This document shows, one piece after another, positions 1 through 12,120 of a stretch of DNA of 64,000 bases (the first letter of the stretch is position 1; each line of letters starts with the position of its first letter). Position numbers and translations under genes: made by a program. The stretch is from Octopus sinensis (Eukaryota). The notes beneath the pieces are model-generated. The model was not told the origin of the DNA and did no database searches. It saw nothing but the letters and a program-made list of their open reading frames with translations. The stretch is from NCBI RefSeq assembly GCF_006345805.1, contig NW_021832415.1, positions 1-64,000 of the forward strand, given 5' to 3'.

Positions 1-425
1 CATTGCCGCGAACAACGGCCAAACCTATTCTTTGTCGAAGCCATGTTGGTTCCCTCCAATCGTTTTTTACATGAGCAATTTTTCGTCCAATTTCTTTAAG
101 GAATGACTCAGTTACAGTTCCTGTGACACCCGAAGTCTCGACTGCCACAGGAACAAAGCGGTACGAATCCCCGATTGTGGAATATTTGGCAATTTTTGCT
201 TTTTCAGCAAAGTTAGCGGCCGATCCAGGTGAACGCAAGGAAATGTTGATGTTCCTTCGAGTGAAAGTGTCCACGCATGTCGAGTCCCAAACTAGTGGTT
301 TTCCCCCTGAGTAGGGGGAAAGAGTCACTCCATCTGGCCTTCTCCCATCATTACGGTTAAGACCCGCAGGTTCCAGTCTTGCTTGGAATCCTGCTGCCTC
401 TAGGGCACGTCGTATCACATTCAAT
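1..425 (-). mobile_element. CRE-clade non-LTR retrotransposon, 5'-truncated 3' fragment (restriction-like endonuclease domain); continues past the window start
   Basis: Minus strand reads NALNVIRRALEAAGFQARLEPAGLNRNDGRRPDGVTLSPYSGGKPLVWDSTCVDTF...AEKAKIAKYSTIGDSYRFVPVAVETSG...LRQRIGLAVVRGN. This is an RLE PD..D..K domain paralogous to the C-terminus of the element at 2815-5707. Confidence 0.9.
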
Positions 426-479
426 GCATTTTTAAATATCGATTGTAGTTTCTTGTATGTCTTGTTTTTATCAAACTTT

Positions 480-1112
480 GATTTAATTACTGTAAAATTT
501 TAATTTTTAACTTCCTTGTCATTTATAATCTATTTTCTATATAGAATTGTTTTATTTTAATTTATGGAGAATGGGATAACGCTGTCACATGCGCGAGCAT
601 TGATGTTATCGAACCGAATGTTGTTTTTACTGTTAATACTAATAACCTCATTGATATCCACATTCATGTTTGATATTTTTATGCTAATGAATTCGCCAGT
701 AATAATTTGTTTCGGTACTTATTTTTGCACCATTAGTGCATATTCCACAACATTTAATACATTTTGTCTCAAATCAATTTTATTAACAATTTTTTTTCAA
801 TTGTAGATCGTAAAATGGGTTCATAGAAATAATTGATTGCCTTTTCTGAAACCATTATAATTTTCCATCAAAAAGATGGCAATTAGTTAACCATTTCAGG
901 ATGTTTTGTTTGGAAATGTCCTTTTAAATTATTTGAAAGCATTTTTTCGTTATTTAAATATTCGTCATAAATAATGAAAAGGGGACGAGGCACATTTTTG
1001 ATAATTTTGACAAAATTCATATAAATTAAATTGATTTTTTTATATTTAAAATTTTTCGCGACGCATCAAAATATATTTAGCGACGCAAAAACGCGTAGGT
1101 TGGGAACCTTTG
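480..1112 (-). mobile_element. Decayed hAT (Buster-type) terminus and remnant
   Basis: Minus strand from 1112 begins CAAAGGTTCCCAACC, resembling the Buster termini at 32116 and 41121, with subterminal GCGTCGC repeats. The inner boundary is approximate. Confidence 0.5.
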
Positions 1113-1339
1113 CCCTTTTACACATATTTGTATAAGATTGTACTGGTGAAACCAAAAATTATAACAACCATTCCTACAATAATGTAAATAGCACTTCTGC
1201 GTTGCCATAAGCACGTAAGTGTTTCGCTTATGCCAGACACATAATTTAAAAAAAAGAGAGCCAGAGAGTTAATTATTTTTAATTAATTTCAAAGTAGGAA
1301 GACCATTAATTACTCTTCTCTTATAGTTTCTTCTTATTG

Positions 1340-1980
1340 TAGTGGGCTGATTAAACGCTAGGAACTCTGGGCATCGGAAAGAAACCACCTCGAGTAAATT
1401 GTCCTGTCGAACACGGCTAAAAGCATTACTGACATCCAGCTTGACAATAAACTTGGAGTCTTCGGACTATGAGTAGACAATTTGGGGAGTGCCGTGCGAA
1501 AGAATTTTGAAGATATCTTTAAAAAAGTATTGGAAAGAAGGAACTTCGATTTCAAAGTGAGAATCAAGACTTCATTTTGGCCTGAACTGTTTTAGCCTTA
1601 AAGTTATTGTCTTTGTCAACAATATTCTTTATCAATTTGAGTAGTTTATTCCAATCAATCCAATAGAACGCTTTGCTGAGATCAATTCTGAGGATATGGA
1701 TCACATCTGTATACTTCTGACATAACGAAACGAATTAACGTTGGCTTTAAACTACATCGGCTGTCGATCTTTCTGGAACAAAACAACTTTTGCCTAAGGA
1801 CAGATCTTGCATGACGTATTTTGATATTCTATCAAATGCAATGATCAACAAACATTTCTTTGTATTAGTCACCACAACAATCGGCCTCTGGTCACTCCTT
1901 TTTTTTCCCGGCTTTTGGATAGGGATTAATAATCCCTCTCCCAATGGGAAAACAATGAAGTAGAAAACAGCTGTTAAAAT
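1340..1980 (-). mobile_element. RTE-like non-LTR reverse transcriptase fragment, degraded
   Basis: GEGLLIPIQKPGKK..RPIVVV..KKCLLIIAFDRI...CFVPERSTADVV matches RT domains 1-2; many stops and frameshifts. Confidence 0.7.
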
Positions 1981-2751
1981 TTAAGCTATTATCATCGAGT
2001 GTGAGTCAAATACATTTTTCAGAAGTTCAATTGGGATTGAATCAAGACTGTTCATATTTAAAGGTAAAAATGCTCTTTTATATTTACTAAAAAAATATTG
2101 GTAGAAAAGGTATGTCCATATTTTTATGTTTAATAGAGATAGATTTTCTTTTAGCACCTTATTAGGCAGTTTCTAAGCCTTCTTATAAAATTACGAAACT
2201 CTTGTATTTTAAGTAGACTTTAATGGCGATATTTCATCCATTTCTAAGATTTTTCCAAAGAGGGCCTATCGGCTTTTCAGCACATCAATGGTTATAGGCC
2301 GCGAACTGAAAATTTTGTAAAGACATTCATTTTAGCACCACTTCTAGAGAACAGGAAGAATGGAAGGAGGTGAGTAAAGAGCCATCCTGTGTTCACTTCA
2401 AAGGTATCTGACTTAGCAATTAATTCCTTAATTAGTTTTTCTTAATTAATACAAGTTAAAAACAAGTTTCATAAAAATTGGGAAATATTATTTTTTCCAT
2501 ATTTATTAATTTTTCATGCAAAATTTCAAAAAAGATTGAATTTCATGTATTTTTTAAATTGTTCTTTCTGAAAGAAAACAAAAAAAAGTTACATTAGCAA
2601 TTTGGATTTGTCAGTGGCTGGACCGCGTATCAATATTAATTATTCTCGTGCCATTAACGTTATTTTTTGGTTTTTGAGCAAATAGAAATTAAAAAAAGTA
2701 GCTTTTCGTATTCATTTCTAACTAACTCGACTTAAATGAAAAAACAATGAA

Positions 2752-2814
2752 TATGTTACTGGCAAAGTCATTAATCTGGGCAATTATGTTAATTCCTGGG
2801 CATTAATGTTAATT
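2752..2814. repeat. Short sub-repeat cluster, probable MULE terminal remnant
   Basis: GTCATTAATCTGGGCAATTATGTTAATTCCTGGGCATTAATGTTAATT resembles the motifs at 8761-8799, 18677-18715 and ~18915-18945 (next to a MULE transposase). Confidence 0.4.
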
Positions 2815-5707
2815 CCTTAGGGTCAAACTACTAAGTAAAGTCAACAAACTAATAAATTCTCCCAGCGAGACGGAGGGAACAGCTGTTGCCACGCATGACA
2901 GCCAGCAGGATCCTCTGAATGAGGAAAGTAAATTCCCTAGGGTCCTTGGACCGCGAAGAACAAAGATGTCCCAATTTCTTTAGGGAAGTGAGGGTCCCGG
3001 AGCCAAAGACGCCGGAAGTCTCGACAACGATTGGCCAAAACCAAAAGTCATCCATCAAAGACTGATATTTCCGGCACTTCGAAAGCTCAGCCTTATTAGC
3101 ACGAGACCCAGCAAGAGAGGCCGATTCGTTGATGAAAGACTTTGAGAAGGTATCCACACAAGTGGAATCCCAGACCAAAGGTCTCCCAGAATAAAACGAG
3201 AACAACGTAGAGCCGTCCGGCCTTTTCCCGTCACCACGGTCGAGACCCTTAGGCTCAAGGACAGAAGGGTAGCCGGCCTTTTCGAGTGAGTCGAGAATGA
3301 TTCTGTTAATCGCCGAATGGCGTGGAATACGACCCGCGCTTTTCTTGCAGGAGAGGGCATGGAGCCCGTATACGTCCATAGTAGATCCGCACCGGCAGGG
3401 GTGGGGACTACAGATCGGAAGTCCGAGGCGGAGGCAAATGCCAAAACGGAGGGCGTCGGAGTCAAGACAGGTGTCCAAATGGGTCGAAGGAAGGCAGTTA
3501 AGCCAAGAGCCAGAATGCGGTTGGCGGCTGGCACGGTAACAAGCCAGTCTGTGCTGGTTCAGGAGAGCCTCCAACGAGTCCGCATGATGCTTACTAAGAA
3601 TTTTATCCCATTCACGTTGGAGGGACCTATCAGAAGGGAACTCAAGCCCTTTTTCCTTCAAAGCAAAAGTGCAGAATTAATATCAGAGTCCAAACGAGAT
3701 CCGGGCGATTTTTCAAGAATCTTATGGACAAGAAGATACAATCCTGAAGACGATGAAAGGAAAGCGGGAAGAGAAATGTCGAGAGCCGAGCGGAGCCCAA
3801 GCCCACCAAAAGGAACAGGAAGTTTGGCCTGACGCCAACCGACATCATCGAACTTGACGTTAAAAATAATCTCGGCTGAAGAACGCACCAGAGCGTCAAA
3901 AGACTCCAAAGCAGAGGGAACAGAAAAGCAACAGGAACTCCTTAGGACATAATTGATCCTCGGAATCAAAAGAAAGTTTTTGAGGATAAAAAAAGCGGGA
4001 TGGGGATCGATGTCCACAAGTTTATCACAAAGAGAAGCAAGAGCATTTCTCTTGGAATCGAGAATACGAGAGACCGATTGGTGGTGGATCGGGGCACCCA
4101 GGATTTCAAGTTCAGATAAGAGGTCTGCCTCAGATCGGGCAAGAGGCCACGAAACTGGGCAAAAAGGTCTTCGAAGGTGAGGTCTTCGACGTTAAGATTA
4201 ACGATTTCAGATTTTAGAGAATTGATTTCAAGACCAATAGATGACAACGCCGGGAGTAGAGATTGCAAGTCGTTTAGCAAAATGTCGGGCGGACCACCAA
4301 TAGTACAGTCGTCCAAATACCAAATATTAAGAGGGGACGCAATCCTGCGGGCGACAAAGTCCACCGAGAGGGCAAATAATAAAGGACCCAAAGGATCGCC
4401 TTGCTGTACGCCACAGGAAGACGAAATGAAAGAATCGCCAGCAACCAAGAGGGTCGGGTTACCATAAGAAAGAAAAATGAAGGGCAGCAGAGAAGGAATT
4501 CTGGCCTTGCAAACCTCAAGAAGATGCTTTCTATTGAGCGAATTGAAAGCGTTCTTCACATCCAATTTTAATAATAACTGGGGCCGCTCTGAGAGACGAG
4601 CCGATTCAATGAAACACCGGGCAGCGTGGACCGAGGCCTCGCACCCACCAGGTACCCCCACACCCAACTGAATGGGCTGGAGTTCGTCGCTAATAGAAGG
4701 AATTACAAGCTTGCATCCGACCTTTGCAAACAAGCGACGAAAAACGTTCCCGACGGCAATAGGTCTGATGCCGCCGTCTTTCTTCCCCAAAGCAGACAGG
4801 TTCGCAGAGAAGAAGAGCAGTCTGGCATGCTCGGATATGTCCCCACGGAGAAATAGGTTACAAAGCTTGGCAATGGATTGAGAAAGACGGTTTCCAGCCT
4901 CAGCAGTATTGGAGATGAGGTCCATTAAGTGAATGGGACGGAGACCGTCAACACCACCACTACTGTTCCCCCTGAAAGATTTCAAAGCTAACAAAAGTTG
5001 TTGGACAGATGAAGAGGCGATCGAGACCTCCTCAGGGGTCCGGGCACAAAAGGCAGGGACATCGCCAGCCGGGTGCTTGGCGCTGAGAATTTTGAGGACA
5101 TCCGGGGTTATCGAACGGACGGAATCGGAAGACGAAAGAATACGGACCGCAGAGCCGACATCATGCGCCATAAGGCAGGAATTGACACGTTTGCGTAAAC
5201 GAATACGATTATCTTTAAGAGTAGTTGGTTCATGGGACTTGCCCAGAAGAGGAGGCAGAATGAAGGAATCCTCCATGAACTTATTAATATTTTCCTTGAT
5301 GGAAGAGGAAAGGGATTTTACCGAGCCCAAGCCTTGAACTGGGGAGCCCAGGGCAAATATGGCAAAGCAAAACAAACGGTTCCAATTCGGAATGGACTGA
5401 ACACAAATGACTGACTCGATCAAAGCAGACAGAGCCTTCGCCGCGGAAAAACGGGCAGAACGAGGAATTCTTATAGGAATACGATAGGACGCCCGGTAAT
5501 CACGAGCGAGTCTTAAGACAGACTCTGGATTAAGCAGGAAGGGGTCCGGCGAAGGGATAGGATTAGTAAAATCAGAGGACCCGGTACAGATGGCAGGAGC
5601 GAAATATGACGGGGGGAAAGAAGAGCAAGCAGAGCAAACCCATCGGGAAAGGGAAGAGGCAGATTTCTTAGAAAGCTTGATGCAGGATAAATGGAAAAAG
5701 GCATGAT
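2815..5707 (-). mobile_element. CRE-clade RLE non-LTR retrotransposon, near full length (2893 bp), 9-bp TSD
   Basis: Direct repeat ATGTTAATT at 2806-2814 and 5708-5716. GC-richer than the flanks. Encodes RT, a CCHC knuckle and an RLE domain. Confidence 0.93.
2849..5707 (-). CDS. CRE polyprotein: partial PHD finger, RT, CCHC zinc knuckle and RLE; split by two single-base frameshifts (~4120, ~3660)
   Basis: The frame of ORF 3966-5423 stays open upstream to FHLSCIKLSKKSASSLSRWVCSAC (PHD C-half). RT motifs: IRPIAVG, QLGVG, KLDVKNAFN, GVQQGDPLGPLLF, WYLDD. C-terminus: CRCGSTMDVYGLHALSC..RH (CCHC) and RPDG..LVWDSTCVDT..K (RLE). Confidence 0.9.
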
Positions 5708-6189
5708 ATGTTAATTTAATCGGGAAAACTCATTATTTATGCTTAGAGAATTAAAATTTTAAATAATCAATTCTAATTAAAAGTTACATTTTTAAAATCT
5801 ATAAAAATTTATTGACCCCGCGTATTGGGACATTTTATAAATAATTTTAAATGAAATTTTAATGCATTATTTTATTTTAAATTATAGCGTCTGGTTTAGT
5901 AATTATACAACAATTTTCTTGTTCTTTAAGGAAAAAAAATTTTGAGCCGTTGGTAAACTCTATGTCCGAAAGGGAAATATCCAAGATGTTTAAAGTTGGG
6001 AAGGGAACAGTATCTATAATACAAATAAAAACTAAACAAGAATTTTGGTTGATCTGGTGACGTAGCTCTATTGCATAATGTATGGAAAACACCTAAATTA
6101 ATTGTTGGGACTATCTATCGTCACTTTTAATGTCAGGAAAATTTCAAATACATATAAATGACAACAATTGTGCGAAGATTTTGAGAGAT

Positions 6190-6560
6190 ACAATGTATCA
6201 ATCGGATGTATACAAGAAACGAAGTTCTTGGAAGGGGCTGATGAATCATATGGAAACTATCGTCTATCCTACTTCCCAGCAAATAGAAGCACTATTGGCA
6301 GGGATTCACACCCGCAAATACGATAATGGAGGATTACTTCCAATGTGACAAACCAAGGTTCTGGGGACGCCTACGCACTACGTTACCTGTCGTTCCGAAT
6401 GCGGACCTCGCCCATATCAAATCCTGTCTCAAGACCGGTGATGACTTGGACAGGCTGCGGCTCACAGCGCTTAACCGAGGAAAATGGAGGAGACTCGTTA
6501 CTAACATTGTTTTGGGTGTTGGACTATAGTTATTATGGCTCTACAATAAGTGCGCTAATA
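6190..6560 (+). mobile_element. Internally deleted RTE-like LINE (APE remnant joined to the RT C-terminus)
   Basis: IQETKFLEGADESYG (APE-like) is followed by GRLRTTLPVV...DDLDRLRLTALNRGKWRRLV. The same C-terminal motif recurs at ~58530-58640. Confidence 0.7.
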
Positions 6561-6904
6561 ATAACGATAAACAAGGATTTGATTCCAATCCTATTACTGA
6601 CGCAGGTCTATACAAAAATTATGAATCAAGTCTATCATCGAAACTCGATTGTCTGGTTTTTGATTTTTTCAGGAATCTGAGGCAAGATGGAATTTCAATT
6701 TCCAGATGTTTAATTAAAAAAATTTCCAGAAATATCGCGACTCGTATAAATTTTAGCAGCTTTAAAAGCTCTAATGGATTCTAGACCGTTTTAAAAAACG
6801 TCATGAACTATCTTTTAGAGTAATTTCTGGTGAAAAAATTCCTCCGACAAAAATTCAATTAAAAAATTTTACGAAGAATACGGTGACTTTATGATAAATT
6901 CAAC

Positions 6905-7250
6905 ATAGTTAGTTAGTTAAGCCATATTCAGCCGATTCCGGCCATTGGCGATTCTGTAAGACAAGTCCCTCCACGAACTCTATCCCCCACCAGCTCTGCT
7001 ATTCTGCTTCCTTTTTCCAGCGAACAAGACAGCAAGATTTCTTTTCCTATACCATTCTCCCGAAGCACGTGCCTTTGTGAGAATCCGCAATGCGCACATT
7101 AGTAGGAAAGGGTAACGTTATTGATAATTTGGGCAGAAGGATCCGTGAAGGATTTGTCAGAAGAATTTGCAAGGCAACAAGAAGAAAGGGGTGGGTGCCA
7201 GGTCTTTCCCCATTGTGTAAAGTAAGGTTATATCGAGATAATTTTCAGAA
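6905..7250 (-). mobile_element. RTE/BovB-like LINE 3' fragment
   Basis: AELVGDRVR-WRDLSYRIANGRNRLN (frameshifted) resembles the RTE C-terminal motif A.DR..WR. Confidence 0.5.
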
Positions 7251-8489
7251 ACTGTAAAAGCACCACAACACTAACCGTTTTTTTTTGACATTTTTAATTG
7301 TAAAGAAACCTGCTTTTCATTAAAAAAATCCGAATAAATCATTTGTCACTAAAGATGAAAATTGCTTTGATAGAAAAATCTGTAAAGAAAAAATAACAAT
7401 TTTTTATGCTGTTCTATTAAAGGTGAAAAGTTAAAACCTTTGGTTATTGGAAAGTATAAATCACCCAGGTGTCTTAAAAATATAAGAACTGAAGATTATG
7501 AAGTAATGATTTTCAACAATTGGTTACAAAAAATTAATGATGAAATATTTTCACAAAATCCAAAAATTTTAATTCTTCTTAATAATGTCATAGATGTCTA
7601 AATTATTCAAATCTTACATTCCTCAAACCTCCAAAGAATACAACTACCATTCTTCAACCCCTTGAAATGGGGATCATCAATTCTTTTAAATTACTTATTC
7701 AAATGTTTTTTATGAGCAATTTGTATTGCCGATATTTATGAGAATTATTATGAAACATTATCGAAGATTAAGAGAAGCATTGAATCGAGTAACAAAAGAC
7801 ATAACTAATTGTTAAAATAAAATAAATGAATTAATGATTTCGAAATTAATCAAAACATTCAATTTGAACTTTTGGAGACTCATAATTCAGATGTAATGCA
7901 AATAGAATTTGATGGAACTGAAAATGACTCTCAATTATATGATTGGTGTGGTATTGAAATTGTGAATCATATAAATTATCATACCCTCTGTATTTGGGGC
8001 GGATTTCTATTGGTTCAGAGGTTCAACTGTATAATAAATTTATTTTTTCAAATAAATCATAAATTTTATTTTTTTTATTTGATTTTCTAAACGGCTCTCC
8101 AATTTTTATATTTTCGTGATCATCAATATTTGAATTTTTGATTGAGAAATGTAAGTTTTAATGGTCGGTGCTCTGTAAGCTTTAGAAAGCTCAACTTTTT
8201 TTTCAACATTACTTGTTTCCTAATTTAAGTCATTAAATAAAATCAAGTACTGATTGAAGTATTTCATCTTCTCGAGATTGCCCTTCCAAAAATTCAATAG
8301 TTTTAATTTTCAATATAGCCATATTCTAGAAATCCATTGACGAGTTTCAGAAATATAACCAAAAATAAAAATTTTTTCGTGATACAAAATCTAGTACAAC
8401 GAGGCATCTCAAGAAAACAATGTGACGTGTTATTTAAATGACAATAATTTAATTAACAATTAAGAAAAAAAATTTTTTGTTTCAAATTA

Positions 8490-8760
8490 ATGACGAGCGG
8501 ATTCGAAAATCTTCTATAAGAAATTCAAAATTTTTAACTAAAACAATTGGATTTGAAAAATGACGGATTCAAGAGGTTTGACTGCAGTTAGATGTCTGGA
8601 TTTGATAAAATCAAATTTTATTATTTAAAGCCAGAAAAAGCGAAAATTCACAAGAAGGAAAGTGTAGTTAAACCTATTCAAAGTGAACATTTTAATTCAA
8701 GATGCCAAATTGATTTGATTGATATGCAAACTCAACCCGATAGAGAATTTAGATCACTAT
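8490..8760 (+). mobile_element. Ginger/KRBA2-like integrase fragment
   Basis: VVKPIQSEHFNSRCQIDLIDMQTQPDREFR; truncated at the repeat starting 8761. Confidence 0.65.
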
Positions 8761-8799
8761 GGTAATTGCCCGGATTAATGACATTGCACGTAACATATA
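8761..8799 (+). repeat. 39-bp terminal-inverted-repeat-like sequence (left partner of 18677-18715)
   Basis: GGTAATTGCCCGGATTAATGACATTGCACGTAACATATA is 36/39 identical to the reverse complement of 18677-18715. Confidence 0.8.
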
Positions 8800-8923
8800 T
8801 AAACTATATTTGATTTTAGCTGTTATTTCCTCTCCAATAATTATTCAATCTATATCATGAAACCCCACAAATATAATAATAAATATAATCGTCTTTAATT
8901 AGGTCATTTAAAACAAAATTCTA

Positions 8924-11513
8924 TTAAAGTGCTTTTTTGTGTCGGCTTGAGATTGTGTTCAATCGGTCAATCAGCATTTCAAACGAAGGTCGTTTCAGTG
9001 GGTCAAATCGCATACAATGAGAGACCAAGTCCTATCCAATATAACCCGACATCCACCATAGTCTCTCTCGGAATAGACAATGATCCAATTGACGGGAATA
9101 CCCCATTCCCTACCTTTAAAATGACCTGTTCTGCACAATCATTCTCAAATGGCTTTTCCAACCCAAACATTTCAAATAATAATGCACTTCAAATTAACTA
9201 AAAAAATACCCAAAGGCAAAAACATCTGAAAACTTGGTAAATTCAAAGTCAGTAGAAAAACCTGAGACCTTCCGAATGATTTCAGGCGCCAAGGAAGACA
9301 ACCAACCACGACTGAATCTTAAAATTCCAAATGTTCTAGAACGTTCTAGAATGTTCTAGAAAGAATAAACCTTTCCAGTTTATATATCCCAAAATTAATA
9401 ATAGTTATTTTCCCACTATCGACAAATATATTGACAGATCTGAGATCACAGTGAGTAATATCCCGACTATGCAGGTACCCCAATGCCTATGAAATAAAAG
9501 TACCCCACAACCACCACCTGAGCTATTTGAACACCCAAGGACAGTACCCTTTGATAAGAAGGACCACTCCTCTGACACTTTAAATATGAATCCAACTTTT
9601 TCCTCGACAAAAACTGCCAATAAAAATAAAAAACATAAACCGTGATACAATCATAAGTTGAGGACCGTTCATTGAAATCCCCATAAACTGAACCAACCCA
9701 TCGTGTCTCGTCTTCATCAAAACCGACACCAAAAACTAAAAAAACAAAAATACTTCTCTCAAAAAATCTAAACGATTCCTTCCGAAATGATCAGCCTCGA
9801 ATACTTTAATGGCCATATCCCCATGCCAGCGACCCCTATCCTCACACCCTCTCCAATAACCTAAACATGGTCGAACGAGGTCCGTTTTTTATAATCGAAA
9901 TAAACTCCAAATCGTCGTGGTTTATCTCCCACTGCTTGATTTCATCGTTGAACTAATATTCAATCACTTTGAACTTACATCAAAGGGACCGGCAATTTCC
10001 TTTGATGTTTTTTGAATCATTGGAGACGTGGAACCAGGAATTAAAGTTATGGAATAAACTTTTGGATAAAGATTTACTGATTGGGGTCACCGGGGAGTAG
10101 TCAGAGGGAGAAATGACTAACGGAATTTGTCGGTAAAGAGATTTTTTTAATTCATTAGCAATAGAAACGACATTTTGGTTGTGATTGGCTTCTTTTTTTA
10201 AATTTTCTACAAATTTTTTAAATTCATGTTTTGGAATGCAAATTTTCTGTATTTGCGAACATTTTTCATGACATTTAAATCTAAAAATAATATTATAAAT
10301 ATTTTATAATATTTATTATTATTATTTATACTTGCAAAACTCACAAATAACTCCTCTGAGAATATATCCTTTACATACATCGCACATAAACATTATTGAC
10401 TTTTGTACAAATCTATTTCTTAGTTATAAAACCCTACGAATGAGGACCGGCTTCCCTCTTTAGATCTTCAAAGAGATCCGCTGCCCTTTTGACTTGAATT
10501 ATCATAATATAAATTATACCAGTTAATAGTTCATTTCTATATTTTAATGTATCATCCTAATAAGTAAAATATTAATAAACATAAAATAATATTTTAATAA
10601 ATATTTTAAAATACCTCTGCTAGTGGTACACTCATTACAGACGTACTTTGAAGGCTAGTTTGTGAACTCTTAGCATCGGATGAGACACTCAGTGCCTTAA
10701 AATGATTTTTAAATCTATTTTGTATTATTTAATCACAACTTTAATAAATTCGACTTAAAAATGTTCTCTTTTTTGTGTTTTTCCGGCGAGATGGCTGAGT
10801 CGATTACTACATGGGCAGAAATATACACATCGATACCCCTGTCTACGTGTTGAGGCTGTCCTCCACGTAGAATCTCCCCTACAGTCTTCTGCTGTATTGA
10901 AGAGGAGAGCATCCAATCAAAATTGGGTGTTTTTTGAAGTAAATCTTTATTTTTGTTGAACTGATTATACCGACTAATCCTGCTAGTTTTTTAATGTTGT
11001 TATATATTATGTTTATTTCATTCTGGTTGAGGGAGATTGAGGATAATGTCCTTTTTAGGTCTTCATTATTCATGGTGGTTAGGTCATAGACCGAGGAATG
11101 TGGTATTACCTTCAAAATATACAAAAGTGCCACATCATACCTTCTAAACAAAATAGTCTATTATTTTTTGGGTAGACATCTTAAATAAATTATTAATAAA
11201 TAATATAAATATTTAATTAATTAATAAAAAAACCTGATAAGATTTTTTGCATATTCCAATAGAATAAAAAAAGCATCGTGAGTCAGGAAAGTCCTCGAGG
11301 CCTCCGCACTCAACGGACTGTCTCAGAAATATTTGAAGTGCCATAAAGTGGAGAATTGAATGCTTAATCGTTTAATAGATATACTTTCAACTCTTCTACT
11401 ATTTGAGATGATTCATCAGTCTCCGCTTCCAGTAGTCTCATATACTCGTATTTGGCGGCGATTAATTTGGTTATAATATGACATTTTTTGTATATCTTTT
11501 TTGAATCATTCAT
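8924..11513 (-). CDS. KSR: Kinase suppressor of Ras-like (pseudo)kinase, multi-exon; one apparent 1-nt deletion at ~9595
   Basis: Spliced reading gives an N-terminal CC-SAM-like region (SVYDLTTMNNEDLKRTL), WEINHDDLEF..RGRWHGDMAIK, TRHDGLVQFMG, GYLHSRDITHCDLRSVNIF, RGWLSSLAPEIIR, SDVFAFG and DPLKRPSFEML. Middle exons are not fully resolved. Confidence 0.88.
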
Positions 11514-11789
11514 ACCCACATCAACCCTAAACCTCAAACCGGATTATTTTATTATTTTACTTATATATCAATTTTTCATAATATATTTTTAATTATTATC
11601 TTTATCTTTATTATAAAAAGAAATGATAATAATCATTACATTACCCAAAATAAGAATCCAAATTGTCTTTAACAGTTGTAATAAACTTAGAATGCACATC
11701 TCCGTCGCAGTTCTTCTATGCCCACCCACCCTCCGACTTTAAGTCCTTTTCGAACCTTCTCGAATCTTCTCCAACTTTCCTTTGAAGTT

Positions 11790-12120
11790 TCTGTGTACCT
11801 CGAACTGGTTAGCATGAGACTGTTGACTGATAGTTATTGGGTTAGTCCAGTTGGGTACTATTTGAGGGACATTCCTACAGAGGATTGGCTCACGGAAGGT
11901 TGTCCCTTCCACAATATTTTATTTGGGTAGCAATTTCTAGGGCTCTCTGGGTAGTTATTTGGTTGTTTGTGGCGTCCCTGTTCTCAATGAACAAGTCAAA
12001 GTATTTTATATCAATGTTCAAATATGCGATGCTGTAAAAGGTACTTTTTCTCTGCTGCACAAGTTATCAGTTTCATTTAATACCCGTCTATTTCTACTAC
12101 TTTCCAACCACTTTTATTGG
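11790..12120 (-). pseudogene. IDH: NADP-isocitrate dehydrogenase N-terminal fragment with internal deletion and frameshifts
   Basis: IKVVGK-VVEIDG, AYLNIDIKYFDLFIENRDATNNQIT and NIVEGTTFREPILCRNVPQIVPNWTNPITI match IDH1/2. The CATITPDE..SPNGT segment is missing. Confidence 0.75.

Larger units (their letters stand above)
5900..7850 (+). mobile_element. Decayed pogo/Tigger transposase, interrupted by two RTE fragments
   Basis: Collinear pieces across frames: ISKMFKVGKGTVS (HTH), FRNLRQDGISIS...SNGFLDRFKKRHELSFRVISGE (CENP-B HTH), DIFNCKET, and TTILQPLEMGIINSFK (DDE_1). Confidence 0.8.

Noticed and set aside
3297-5414. Many long plus-strand and alternate-frame ORFs over the CRE element (e.g. 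3317-3832, 4933-5337)
   Set aside because: These are shadow ORFs of a GC-richer coding strand, with no recognisable motifs.
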